Assembly (NCBI GenBank): GCA_964582075.1
Contig: CAZOQQ010000002.1
Coordinates: 1-33,674 of the forward strand
Length of the DNA: 33,674 nt
Reading direction: 5' to 3'
Origin: an uncultured bacterium
GTDB lineage: Bacteria > Fermentibacterota > Fermentibacteria > Fermentibacterales > JCC-6
Positions 1-8,541 of this stretch are shown piece after piece. How positions within the stretch are numbered: the stretch's first letter is position 1; every line of letters begins with the position of its first letter. Both the position numbers and the translations under genes were made by a program. The notes under the pieces were generated by a model. The model ran no database searches and was not told the DNA's origin. It saw nothing but the letters and a program-made list of their open reading frames with translations.

Positions 1-50
1 AGTTCGGTATTAACACCAAGGACAATTCCTCAAGGATACTTTTGGCAGTA

Positions 51-311
51 TTACTTGAGACTTCCTTCTCCCTTTAATATGACTTCTAGTTGGTTTGATA
101 GATACTTTATGCTAATAATAATGACTGTACCTCTACGACCATCATCGAGTTCTACAGTGTATCTACCATTTGGTGTATGGTATGCGTCATAGATTCTGCA
201 TTGTATCTCAAACTCTTTGAACCCGCGATTTTTCTCTTTAACGTCCAGTATTTCAATATCTTCGTATTGAACATTACTCTCATTTCCATACTCAAGAAGT
301 TTGCCCTTCAT
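51..311 (-). CDS. hypothetical small protein (86 aa from the ATG at 311; the frame stays open up to 452)
   Basis: Open frame 51..452 in the ORF track. The internal ATG at 311 has AAGGAA about 10 nt upstream. The ATGs at 329 and 452 have no Shine-Dalgarno sequence. I recognise no motif. The ORF lies in an AT-rich stretch just 3' of ssrA. Confidence 0.3.
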   Translation of the reverse strand: MKGKLLEYGNESNVQYEDIEILDVKEKNRGFKEFEIQCRIYDAYHTPNGRYTVELDDGRRGTVIIISIKYLSNQLEVILKGEGSLK

Positions 312-464
312 GGATTCTATTCCTTTCATCTGACAATGAATGTGTATGCCCGTGCAAAAGATGAACGACTTGCTGACCTGATTGAGAAGGTCGGCAACAC
401 AGTTCGATCGGATTGAAAGTGTGCCGTATATGCGCACTTCAAGTTGATGCACAGTATAAAGAAT

Positions 465-497
465 ACCTTAAGTCCTTCTCTATAAGGGGCTTAGGGT
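465..497 (-). terminator. possible weak ssrA terminator hairpin
   Basis: On the minus strand, ACCCTAAG-(17 nt)-CTTAAGGT forms 7 of 8 pairs and is followed by ATTCTTTAT. It starts 14 nt after the encoded CCA end of the tmRNA. Confidence 0.2.
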
Positions 498-510
498 CTA
501 CATAAAGTGG

Positions 511-860
511 TGGTGGAGGCGGCGGGATTCGAACCCGCGTCCGAGAACAGGGACCTGTCGGCTCTACATGTTTAGTCCGGATTAATCTCATCCTGCTTCG
601 GCTCCGGTCGGCCTTGTCAGGACCAGCTTTCATTTAATCTTACTGCTTACGTCTGAAAGCGGGGCTTCGCAGCCAGTTCTCCTTCTTGCGCCCGATCCCC
701 GGTAGGAAAACAATTCCAGGGTGGACGGCTGTTCCTGTTTGGGAACAGCGTGCCGTAATTTAAGCGGCGATTGTTTCTATCCGCAAGTTTAACGAGGCAG
801 CGGATACCTCGACATGCAACCGTCAGACCACTTCTGAACCCGTCGATACCTTTCGCCCCC
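511..860 (-). ncRNA. ssrA: transfer-messenger RNA (tmRNA), 350 nt, one-piece
   Basis: The minus strand starts GGGGGCGAAAGGTATCGACGGG and ends GGACGCGGGTTCGAATCCCGCCGCCTCCACCA. This gives a tRNA-Ala-like acceptor stem with G3:U70, a T-arm and an encoded CCA. Pseudoknot 1 (CGAGG/CCTCG plus CCGC/GCGG) is collinear with E. coli ssrA, and further pseudoknot-like helices follow downstream. Confidence 0.9.
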
Positions 861-882
861 GCAGTCTGAATAACACAGCCTA

Positions 883-910
883 ATTATGGGAATCATGTTG
901 AATCTGTCAA
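883..910 (-). promoter_or_regulatory. candidate sigma70-type promoter for ssrA
   Basis: The minus strand reads TTGACA (910..905), a 16 nt spacer, then CATAAT (888..883). The -10 ends 22 nt upstream of the mature 5' end, which fits a short leader removed by RNase P. Confidence 0.4.
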
Positions 911-945
911 CCCCCTGCCTGGCGGGGCTTGTCAAAGAGCAACAA

Positions 946-975
946 TTGAGTTATTTAATCGGTTCTCTATACAAT
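946..975 (+). promoter_or_regulatory. candidate promoter for rpmB
   Basis: TTGAGT (946..951), an 18 nt spacer, then TACAAT (970..975), about 27 nt upstream of the rpmB ATG. An alternative TTGTCA at 929..934 has only a poor -10. Confidence 0.25.
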
Positions 976-1001
976 CTGAAAATACCATTAGGAGATAAAA
1001 T

Positions 1002-1190
1002 ATGTCCTGGAAATGCGATATTTGTGGAAAAGGTCCTTCGGTTGGTAATCGGGTCAGTCATTCCACCAGGCGTACAAAACATGTCTGGAAACCGAACCTT
1101 CAGTCAGCGAGAATCCTTGTTGACGGCAAGCCGAAGAAAGTTAAAGTCTGCACCAGCTGCCTGAGATCGGGCAAGGTTCATAAGGTTTAA
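1002..1190 (+). CDS. rpmB: 50S ribosomal protein L28 (Cys4 zinc-ribbon form)
   Basis: 62 aa. [34 protein letters not shown] matches the L28 N-terminal signature (G-N-x-V/R-SH-S/A ... PNL). The CxxC ... CxxC pairs are present. AGGAGA lies 7 nt upstream of the ATG. Confidence 0.9.
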   Translation: MSWKCDICGKGPSVGNRVSHSTRRTKHVWKPNLQSARILVDGKPKKVKVCTSCLRSGKVHKV

Positions 1191-1208
1191 TTAAAGACCG
1201 TTGATTTG

Positions 1209-1240
1209 AAAAGCCGGGATACATCATTCCGGCTTTCTTA
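1209..1240. terminator. bidirectional rho-independent terminator between convergent rpmB and the radical SAM gene
   Basis: AAAGCCGG (1210..1217), an 11 nt loop, then CCGGCTTT (1229..1236). T-rich runs flank it on both strands, and it sits between two convergent stop codons. Confidence 0.6.
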
Positions 1241-1259
1241 TTATTGAGCTTTTTAACAG

Positions 1260-2921
1260 CTACTGTTCGGAATCATCTGAGTCCTTATCCGAATCCTTAG
1301 CTCTGTTCTGGTTAAGAGCGAATGAAGCATGGTATTCACGGGCAAGCCTTGTGTGGCCGAAACCCATGTTAAGAAAACTCCATTCGAACTGCGTGTCAGG
1401 ATCGATATCTTCCAGTACCCACCTTATGTTTACTTCTGCCTTCTTGAAAGCCGTATTCCATCCCATACCTGAAAGTTTCTTCTCGAGGACTTCGCTGGTT
1501 CTATGATCTCCCCTTGCAAGAAGCGCCCTCAGGTGTGATGTACGCGGGTCTCCAAATTTAGTCGTAACCTTTTCGATTCCAGCAAGTTCAGTTGAAAGCA
1601 GGTCTATCCATTCCCTCAGGTCGGTAGGACTTGCCATGGCGGACCATTGAAACGCAGTCCAGGGTTTCGGTATGAAAGGATTTACGATAACCTGAATGGG
1701 CAGCGGGGTTCTGTCGCGGGCACCTTTGACGAAATCAATAATCGATTCCCTGTCTGCTTCGGTCTCGAATGGCAAACCAATTGTAAAATATATCCTGACA
1801 TTTCTTACGGAATCATCCGAGTGTTTCTCGATTGATCTATAAAGCTGCCTGTTTTTAAGCTTCTTCCCTATTACCTTTCTCAGTGAATCGTTTCCTGTTT
1901 CGGGAGCAAGAACGATGGAATTTTCGTTCAGATCATCCGACAAATCGCTGGACTGAATATGATCTTCGTATTTATGCGAACAGAGTATGACTTCCAGGTT
2001 CCGTTTTTTGGCTGCTTTGATGATCTTCCTGAGTTCCGGATGGGATCTGGGTGAACTGCCTAGCAAAGCAAGCTTCCTGACTTCAGGAAGCCCCTCAATA
2101 ATACTTTCAAGTTCTTCAAGCTTGCATTCTCTGTACGGAAGGCTGACGTATCCGGACTGGCAGAATTTGCAGTTGAAAGGACAGCCCCTGGATATTTCAA
2201 GCATTGTCATGTCAGCGGAATCAATGAAATGCACAAAAGAGGAGTTTCCCATTCCATCAGAACCTGCCCACTGACGCATTATAGAACTGACATTCCCCGG
2301 AATACCATGCACGGAGGGTATATACATGCCGGGAAGTGAAGCGAGTCTGCGAAGCAGTTTCTTCTTCGATGCGCCCTGGGCGCCAAGGCTTTTAATTGTA
2401 TCGAGAACAGGACCGATGGAAGGCTCGGTTTCACCTATAATAAAGGCATCCATGAATATGGAAAGGGGCATAGGGTTAGCTGTTACCGAAGTACCTGCTG
2501 CTATAACAAGGGGCCACTTACTTTTCCTGTCCTCTGCCCTGCACTGGATATCAGACAATTTCATCATTTCCAGTATTCTCAGGTAATCATCTTCCATGGA
2601 AGGCGTAAAAACAAGCAGATCGGACTTCTTTATCGATTTGCCTGTTTCAAGTGTCAGGGTGGGATATCCGTATCTGCTTCTCCAGTGTAATTCATCTTTT
2701 TCAGGATAGAATGCCCTCTCACATGAGGTTTCCGGCCATGAGGCCAGTTGTCTGAAAATACTCTGGTATCTGAGAGATGCCATTGCTGCGCTGTATTCTT
2801 TTGGATAAGCCAGGACTATTTCGAAAATACCCTGCCGGGAAACAGGATTAGTATAAGTTTCATTGTCAAGTAGCCTGCGTCGTCGTTCATCGTAGTATTC
2901 AGCTGCAGGTTTTCTGCTCAT
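1260..2921 (-). CDS. B12-binding-domain radical SAM protein, TIGR03960-like family
   Basis: 553 aa with the CxxxCxxC cluster motif EISRGCPFNCKFCQSGY. Family-like blocks are present: VLAYPKEYSAAMASLRYQ, LAPETGNDSLRKVIGK, IYFTIGLPFETEAD and FIPKPWTAFQW. GGAGGG lies 8 nt upstream of the ATG. Confidence 0.75.
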   Translation of the reverse strand: MSRKPAAEYYDERRRRLLDNETYTNPVSRQGIFEIVLAYPKEYSAAMASLRYQSIFRQLASWPETSCERAFYPEKDELHWRSRYGYPTLTLETGKSIKKSDLLVFTPSMEDDYLRILEMMKLSDIQCRAEDRKSKWPLVIAAGTSVTANPMPLSIFMDAFIIGETEPSIGPVLDTIKSLGAQGASKKKLLRRLASLPGMYIPSVHGIPGNVSSIMRQWAGSDGMGNSSFVHFIDSADMTMLEISRGCPFNCKFCQSGYVSLPYRECKLEELESIIEGLPEVRKLALLGSSPRSHPELRKIIKAAKKRNLEVILCSHKYEDHIQSSDLSDDLNENSIVLAPETGNDSLRKVIGKKLKNRQLYRSIEKHSDDSVRNVRIYFTIGLPFETEADRESIIDFVKGARDRTPLPIQVIVNPFIPKPWTAFQWSAMASPTDLREWIDLLSTELAGIEKVTTKFGDPRTSHLRALLARGDHRTSEVLEKKLSGMGWNTAFKKAEVNIRWVLEDIDPDTQFEWSFLNMGFGHTRLAREYHASFALNQNRAKDSDKDSDDSEQ

Positions 2922-2922
2922 A

Positions 2923-2955
2923 GGTATTACCCTCCATTCAATATCAGGGTAATAT
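2923..2955 (-). promoter_or_regulatory. hairpin that pairs with the Shine-Dalgarno sequence of the radical SAM gene
   Basis: Arms 2924..2933 and 2946..2955 form 9 Watson-Crick pairs plus one G:U, with a 12 nt loop. On the mRNA, ATTACCCT pairs with AGGGTAAT, which is part of the GGAGGGTAATACCTATG ribosome-binding region. Confidence 0.3.
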
Positions 2956-3029
2956 ACGATAACGAAATGATTTTTGCTAGATTAAGGTGCTATATACTTG
3001 TTATACCATTATTTATGCTTCTGATAGTC

Positions 3030-4190
3030 CTACGTTATTTTTCTGAAAAATGGTGGCTGCTTTTTCTTCTCCTCCTTTTCGCCGGATCGCGCGGCTCCAA
3101 GAATGAAGTGAACTCTGTCTCTATCCACTTCCCTTGCAGAATTCTTTGACTTCAGACCCTCAGGCAGCCTGACATCCATTGAATCAATTTCGGAATCCTC
3201 AACATCTCCGAAACCTGTTGCTATAACTGTAACTTTCAGACGGTCACCCATGCTCTCTACAATACTTGTTCCAAGGGATACATCGGCCTGGGAACCTACG
3301 GCTTTCGTCACGATTTCCACCGCTTCATGAAACTCTGCGAATTTCATCGATGAGGAGGCCTGAATACTGACAAGAAGAGACTGGGCTCCTTCTATAGATA
3401 CATTTTCAAGAAGAGGATCGGATATGGCTCTGCTTGCGGCTTCAGATGCCCTGTGCTCACCGTTGCAGCAACCCGTACCCATCATGGCTCCGCCGCCCGT
3501 TGTGATAACTTTTTTAATATCCTGAAAATCAAGGTTCATAAGCCCGGGTGATGAAATTATGTTCGCGATGCCTTCCACCGCATCCTTCAGGGTTCTGTTG
3601 CCTCTTTCCAGAGCATCGGACAAGGTTTCATCATCCCCTGCTTCGCGTCGCAGACTGTCATTCGGTATAACAATAAGGGTATCAACCTCTTTTCTTAATG
3701 CCGATATTCCCTGCTCAGCCCTGTTCTTTTTCACAGAGCCCTCGATCTCAAACGGTCTTGTTACCACACCAACGGTTATGGCATTCAGTTCTCTCGCGAT
3801 TCGCGCGACTACTGGAGCTGCCCCCGTCCCGGTACCGCCACCCATTCCGGCTGTTATGAAAACCATGCTGCAATCCTGAAGACTTTCGATGATTTCATCT
3901 TTGCTCTCTTCAGCCGAACTCTCTCCCGTTTCAACATTACCGCCGGCTCCCAGTCCCCCGGTAAGCTTGGGGCCAAGTTGAACTTTCAGGTCAGGCTCAC
4001 AATTCTGAAGAGCCTGAAGGTCGGTATTCATACCGATGTATTCTACGCCCACAATGTCAGCACTCAGCATTCTGTCGATTGCGTTGCAACCGCATCCGCC
4101 AATACCGGCTACGATAATTTTAGGTTTTCCGTGGAATTCCTCGGTCACATCCACGATCTGCAGCCTTGGTCCTTCTTCCTGTTGTATCAT
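3030..4190 (-). CDS. ftsZ: cell division GTPase FtsZ
   Basis: 386 aa with the tubulin signature AGMGGGTGTGAAPVVA, an N-terminal GIGGCGCNAIDRM and NTDLQAL. The C-terminal peptide QPPFFRKIT resembles the conserved FtsA/ZipA-binding tail. AGGAG lies 7 nt upstream. Confidence 0.95.
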   Translation of the reverse strand: MIQQEEGPRLQIVDVTEEFHGKPKIIVAGIGGCGCNAIDRMLSADIVGVEYIGMNTDLQALQNCEPDLKVQLGPKLTGGLGAGGNVETGESSAEESKDEIIESLQDCSMVFITAGMGGGTGTGAAPVVARIARELNAITVGVVTRPFEIEGSVKKNRAEQGISALRKEVDTLIVIPNDSLRREAGDDETLSDALERGNRTLKDAVEGIANIISSPGLMNLDFQDIKKVITTGGGAMMGTGCCNGEHRASEAASRAISDPLLENVSIEGAQSLLVSIQASSSMKFAEFHEAVEIVTKAVGSQADVSLGTSIVESMGDRLKVTVIATGFGDVEDSEIDSMDVRLPEGLKSKNSAREVDRDRVHFILGAARSGEKEEKKKQPPFFRKIT

Positions 4191-4206
4191 TTTCTACTCC
4201 TGTTCA

Positions 4207-5445
4207 CTACCTGAGTTTATTTATCAATCCTTTTATCCGAAATACCGCTTTACCCAAAGGGTTTGTTTTTTTCCTCAACTCGTACTCGTTCTCCTCTTCA
4301 TGAGAAAGAAGCACTAAGCCAACCGCGTTGGAAAATTCAGCACCTTCTATTAAGGAAGATGACATGTCTATTCCACCGGGCTTCCCGATTTCAACAGGGA
4401 TTCCGATTATCCTTGACGCCATAGAGGTTAAACCTCTCAGGTAAGATGTTCCACCGGACAGCACTATACCGGCAGGCAGATCAGATTCCTGTATTCCAGC
4501 CTGTTTCAATTCACAGATAATGTCTCCAATAAGGTTGCCGGCACTTCTGTAAGCGATTTCGTTTACGGCTTCATCCGTGATGGGAATGGTGCTTCTCCCT
4601 CCGAATGTACTCACCGTTATTTCCCTGTCTCCGGACTTTCCGGTAAGATCGATATATTCCCTTTTCAGTCGTTCAGCTTCATGTCTTGGAATTCGAATTT
4701 GCTGGAGAGCACTCGTAATAGATTCCCCGCCTGTTGGAATTACCGCAAGGTGAGCCAGCACACCGGAATGGAACACCGCTATATCGGTTGTATCAGCTCC
4801 TATATCCGCCAGGACCACACCCATTTCCATTTCGTCGGGAGAAAGGACGGATCGCGCGGTTGCAGATGCAGCCGGGTAAATCGCTGAAACACTTTTCCCG
4901 GCATTCAGTATAACCTGCTCCAGGTTCATAACAGCGGTTCTGTCCGCGATTACCATGTATATATCAGCGGTCAGTCTTTCAGCCCTCAGTCCCACCGGAG
5001 GCCGCAAAAGCCTGCTGGAGCCATCAATCGTATATCCGCATTTCTCCGTCCTGAGGACTATTGATTCCCTGGGCAGTTTTATAAGCTGAGCGGTTTCCAT
5101 CGCATCCTCAATGTCCGTCCAGGTTACTTTTCCGGATACGAATTCATCTTCCCTCTCAACATTCACCGTGCCTCTTCCGGGAAATCCCCTGACATGTGAC
5201 CCGCTGATCGAAACGGCTGTATCGGTTATTTTCCAGGATGATATCGATTCCGCTTCCTCAACTGCTTGAGATACGGCTTCCGCAGCCCCCTGCAGATCCA
5301 CGATAACCCCCTCAAGTACACTTCCCGAAGTGGGAGCCTGGCCTGCTCCGGTTATGTGCAGGTCTCCCTGTTCGTCTACTTCCGCTACAACACAGACTGC
5401 GTTTTCGCTTCCAATATCCACCCCGGTATAAATCCTGGGATTCAT
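4207..5445 (-). CDS. ftsA: cell division protein FtsA
   Basis: 412 aa with actin-fold motifs GVDIGSENA, IGADTTDIAVF and VLSGGTSYLRG, and a C-terminal amphipathic helix AVFRIKGLINKLR. There is an ATGA overlap with the ftsQ stop. Confidence 0.9.
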   Translation of the reverse strand: MNPRIYTGVDIGSENAVCVVAEVDEQGDLHITGAGQAPTSGSVLEGVIVDLQGAAEAVSQAVEEAESISSWKITDTAVSISGSHVRGFPGRGTVNVEREDEFVSGKVTWTDIEDAMETAQLIKLPRESIVLRTEKCGYTIDGSSRLLRPPVGLRAERLTADIYMVIADRTAVMNLEQVILNAGKSVSAIYPAASATARSVLSPDEMEMGVVLADIGADTTDIAVFHSGVLAHLAVIPTGGESITSALQQIRIPRHEAERLKREYIDLTGKSGDREITVSTFGGRSTIPITDEAVNEIAYRSAGNLIGDIICELKQAGIQESDLPAGIVLSGGTSYLRGLTSMASRIIGIPVEIGKPGGIDMSSSLIEGAEFSNAVGLVLLSHEEENEYELRKKTNPLGKAVFRIKGLINKLR

Positions 5446-6158
5446 AGTTCATTCCCCCGAATTGATGCGTTGTCCGCCAGTGTTCTCAGTACCGCCTGAT
5501 TTGAATATCTCATGTCCACCTGACCCAGGTTGTCGTAACCGGAGAGTGATGAAACAAGCTGCCGGTAACTGTCCCATCTCTCGGAAAAATGATCGAATCC
5601 CAGAAGAACCTCGTATCCGTTATTAACGATTACCGACAATCCCCTGCCGGTATACCTGAAGAGAAGACTGTCACAGGGCAGTTCTCCGGATCTCAGCCAT
5701 AGCGCGAATCTTCTTGAAAATACGGATCCAATCTTCTCATTTGATTCAATTACCGGAATACTGTCGATCAGAAAGCGCTCCGGAAGTATTTCACCAAGTG
5801 ATGAAACAGCTGCCGTTCCGGAGGAGTCACTTATAGCGAACACTGGTTCCGAGAGACTGATTTCAAGTAGCAGACCTCTGAAAGGTAACCGGCTCACACT
5901 GGCCGAATCAATTCCCGGTACGGCGGACAATTTCGATTGAATCGAAGATGGATCGAGCTGCCAGATGGAGATTCCGAAAAGAGGTTTAACAATCTCAGAA
6001 ACAGCCGATGAGTCCGCATGCCGTATTCCCCTTATCCAGACGGTATCGAGATCGAACGCGCCTCCTCTTTCCAACCACCTGTAGCCCATAGCCATCGCGA
6101 AGGTAATCAGCCCTGAAACAAGTAAAAACCAGAACGCTGTCCTCCCTCTATCCTTCAT
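5442..6158 (-). CDS. ftsQ: cell division protein FtsQ (POTRA domain)
   Basis: 238 aa with an N-terminal transmembrane helix (AFWFLLVSGLITFAMA) followed by a POTRA-like region. It sits between murC and ftsA and has an ATGA overlap with the murC stop. Confidence 0.8.
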   Translation of the reverse strand: MKDRGRTAFWFLLVSGLITFAMAMGYRWLERGGAFDLDTVWIRGIRHADSSAVSEIVKPLFGISIWQLDPSSIQSKLSAVPGIDSASVSRLPFRGLLLEISLSEPVFAISDSSGTAAVSSLGEILPERFLIDSIPVIESNEKIGSVFSRRFALWLRSGELPCDSLLFRYTGRGLSVIVNNGYEVLLGFDHFSERWDSYRQLVSSLSGYDNLGQVDMRYSNQAVLRTLADNASIRGNEL

Positions 6159-7477
6159 TCGGAAGCCTTTACGAATTCTCTAGCGTATTTGTCAACGGTT
6201 CCGGCTCCCATGAACACAATTATTTCAGCTTCCCGCATAGCGATTTTTTCCTCCAGATCGGTGGGCATGCATAATTCGCAGCTGATACCTGCCCTGACGG
6301 CCGCGTCAACTACCAGACGGCTGGTGACACCGGGCACAGGTTTTTCCCTGGCCGGATAAATGGGAAGTAATAATGCCCAGTCAGCCCTGCTGAGTGCCTT
6401 TCCCATATCTTCCGACTGAGATGCCGTCCTTGAATAAAGATGTGGCTGAAACACTACGCCGATTTTTCCGCCTGAAAGCTGTGAAACCGCCTGGAGTGCG
6501 GCGTCAATTTCATCGGGATGGTGCGCGTAATCGGAAATAACTGTCGCGGAACCACAGTTTCCAATCCTCTCAAGTCTTCTTGACACGCCTGGAAATGATT
6601 CGAGTGCTTTCACAGAATCAATCGTTTGCACCCCCGCCGTCTCCGCAAGAGCGATTGCCGTTTCAGCATTCCTGAGGTTATGATTTCCCGGAAGAGGAAG
6701 CGTTCCTTCGATTCCGTTAATCACATACTTCTGCCGCCATCGATCAGCCTTCAGCAACCTGCAGAATACCAACCCGTTTTCTCCGGTTGTCACTACTTTC
6801 CTGTCGATTCTTTCTGCCCATTTAGCCAGATCTCTGTTCAGAAAGGGAACAACTGCCGTTCCCCCCGGAAGAGTCATCTCAAGGAACACACCGAATGCGA
6901 CGGAGAGTGCTTCCGCGGTTCCGTAGCATTCCAGGTGTTCTATGGCAAAAGAAGTGACCGCGGCGGATTTCGGCCGTAGTCTCAGGAAAGTCCTGTCATA
7001 TTCATCGGCCTCGATTACCGTAAGCATCGAACCCGATCTGAAATTTCCACCCCATGCACTGACCGCGCCACCCAGCATGACCGTCGGGTCGTAACCGGTC
7101 ATTTGCAGTATCCAGCCGGTCATAGCGGTCGTGGTTGTTTTTCCATGGGCTCCCGAAACCGCTATCAGCTGCGGAGTATTGGCAAGTTCGGCCAGAGCTT
7201 CGCTTCTTCGAAGAACGGAAATTCCCTTTTGTCCTGCACGTACGATCTCCGGATGATCTGAAGGTATCGCCGCGCTGAAAACAACCCTGTCCGCATTTTC
7301 AATATGAGCAGGATCGTGCACTTCCGAGACATCTATTCCCGCGCTGAGAAGTTCCTGAAGATTCTCTCCGGGATTTCTGTCGCAGCCGCTCACTTCAAAA
7401 CCGCGGCTTTGATACCACAGGGCCAGTGAACTCATTCCGCTGCCGCAGATCCCGATGAGATGCACCCTGGTGGCCAT
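6155..7477 (-). CDS. murC: UDP-N-acetylmuramate--L-alanine ligase
   Basis: 440 aa with HLIGICGSGMSSLA at the N-terminus and the Mur ligase P-loop SGAHGKTTTTAM. Gene order supports the call. Confidence 0.9.
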   Translation of the reverse strand: MATRVHLIGICGSGMSSLALWYQSRGFEVSGCDRNPGENLQELLSAGIDVSEVHDPAHIENADRVVFSAAIPSDHPEIVRAGQKGISVLRRSEALAELANTPQLIAVSGAHGKTTTTAMTGWILQMTGYDPTVMLGGAVSAWGGNFRSGSMLTVIEADEYDRTFLRLRPKSAAVTSFAIEHLECYGTAEALSVAFGVFLEMTLPGGTAVVPFLNRDLAKWAERIDRKVVTTGENGLVFCRLLKADRWRQKYVINGIEGTLPLPGNHNLRNAETAIALAETAGVQTIDSVKALESFPGVSRRLERIGNCGSATVISDYAHHPDEIDAALQAVSQLSGGKIGVVFQPHLYSRTASQSEDMGKALSRADWALLLPIYPAREKPVPGVTSRLVVDAAVRAGISCELCMPTDLEEKIAMREAEIIVFMGAGTVDKYAREFVKASE

Positions 7478-8541
7478 CAGTGGTTCCCCCTGTTTATCAC
7501 GATATCGGCTATGATTCCCGCCGGATTATCGGGCATGATTTCCAGCAGGCACCTTTTCATTTCCTGAATTTTATCCGCATCCTCCAGAAGACTGGTTACC
7601 GTTTTCCACAGAGCTTCTGGACAGGTTTCATCCTGAGACAGTGCGAGAGCCCCGCCTCTGTCAACAATCTCCCCCGCGTTTTTCTCCTGATGGCTATCTG
7701 CGGCAAACGGATATGGTATGTAAATCGCCGGGATTCTGAACCATGTTAATTCCGCTATCGTCATCGCGCCCGCGCGGGCTACCGCGATATCAGCCGCGGA
7801 ATACAGCATGGCGGGATCGTCAGTAAAATCAATTATCCTTATCATGAATGAATCGGATGATTCCTTAACGACACGTTCGATATCCCTGCTGCCGCATTGA
7901 AGCAGCACGTAAGTTCCATCGGGAGCTTTCAAAGCGGAATCGTTAATAGCTCTGGCTCCCTGACTGCCGCCCAGGAAAAGAACGACGGGAACATTATCAG
8001 GTATATTCAGTTTCTTTCTTGCGAATTCTCTGTCGTACTTCGTTAGAGAGAGCCTGACGGGATTACCGGTGTATGTGGTTTCCTTTTTGAAACCGGCAGC
8101 AGTCGAGTAAAAACCTGTCAGTACTTCTTTTACAAACCGTGAAGCAAGCCGATTAGCCCGTCCGGGAATACTGTTCGATTCGTGTATCAAAGAAGTAATG
8201 CCAAGGCTGCGTGCCGCGAGAACCGGAAAAAAGCTCGGGTAACCCCCTGTGGCAAAAAGCACCGAAGTTTTCATACTTCGCAGCAGTTTCCTTGCCCTGA
8301 TAAACGCTTTTACAGCCCGAAATGGAAGCAGCGCAATATCAGAAATTCCCCTGTCAATCCTCGGAGGATTGAGAATATGTACACTGTCACCGAATCTTTT
8401 GTACATTCTTCCATCAACCGGTCGCGGTGTCGCGATAAAATCTACAGCGGTACCGGGAGCTTTTTCCCGGATAGCTTCCGCTACCGCGATCGCTGGACTT
8501 ATGTGTCCCCCCGTACCTCCTCCAGCGATGGCTATCTTCAT
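7477..8541 (-). CDS. murG: undecaprenyldiphospho-muramoylpentapeptide beta-N-acetylglucosaminyltransferase
   Basis: 354 aa with IAGGGTGGHISPAIAVAEA and a C-terminal GAMTIAEL block. Gene order supports the call. Confidence 0.9.
   Translation of the reverse strand: MKIAIAGGGTGGHISPAIAVAEAIREKAPGTAVDFIATPRPVDGRMYKRFGDSVHILNPPRIDRGISDIALLPFRAVKAFIRARKLLRSMKTSVLFATGGYPSFFPVLAARSLGITSLIHESNSIPGRANRLASRFVKEVLTGFYSTAAGFKKETTYTGNPVRLSLTKYDREFARKKLNIPDNVPVVLFLGGSQGARAINDSALKAPDGTYVLLQCGSRDIERVVKESSDSFMIRIIDFTDDPAMLYSAADIAVARAGAMTIAELTWFRIPAIYIPYPFAADSHQEKNAGEIVDRGGALALSQDETCPEALWKTVTSLLEDADKIQEMKRCLLEIMPDNPAGIIADIVINRGNH

Noticed and set aside
177-416. 79 aa plus-strand ORF antisense to the 51..311 ORF
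   Set aside because: Most of it is low-complexity hydrophobic sequence antisense to the better-supported ORF. Only the last 26 codons look protein-like, and they are noted as a possible remnant in the finding on 1..510.
439-633. 64 aa minus-strand ORF (MKAGPDKADRSRSRMRLIRTKHVEPTGP...)
   Set aside because: It lies almost entirely inside the tmRNA gene, covering the tRNA-like 3' domain and the pseudoknots. It is an artefact of translating a structured RNA.
601-785. Long open frames (40 or more codons) through the tmRNA body that contain a GELAA-like segment, considered as alternative tag ORFs
   Set aside because: They would run through helix 5 and pseudoknots 2-3 and do not end in a hydrophobic-Ala-Ala degron. 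They are inconsistent with tmRNA architecture.
886-1164. 92 aa plus-strand ORF overlapping rpmB in another frame
   Set aside because: The rpmB frame has a clear L28 signature and a Shine-Dalgarno sequence. The overlapping frame has no motif and begins in the promoter region.
4060-4100. FtsZ T1 loop reads GIGGCGCNAIDRM, with two cysteines where many FtsZ proteins have GGGGxN
   Set aside because: The two substituted positions are the variable x positions of GGxGxN. Other bacteria have Ala, Asn, Val or Ser there, so this is probably normal variation and not a redox switch.
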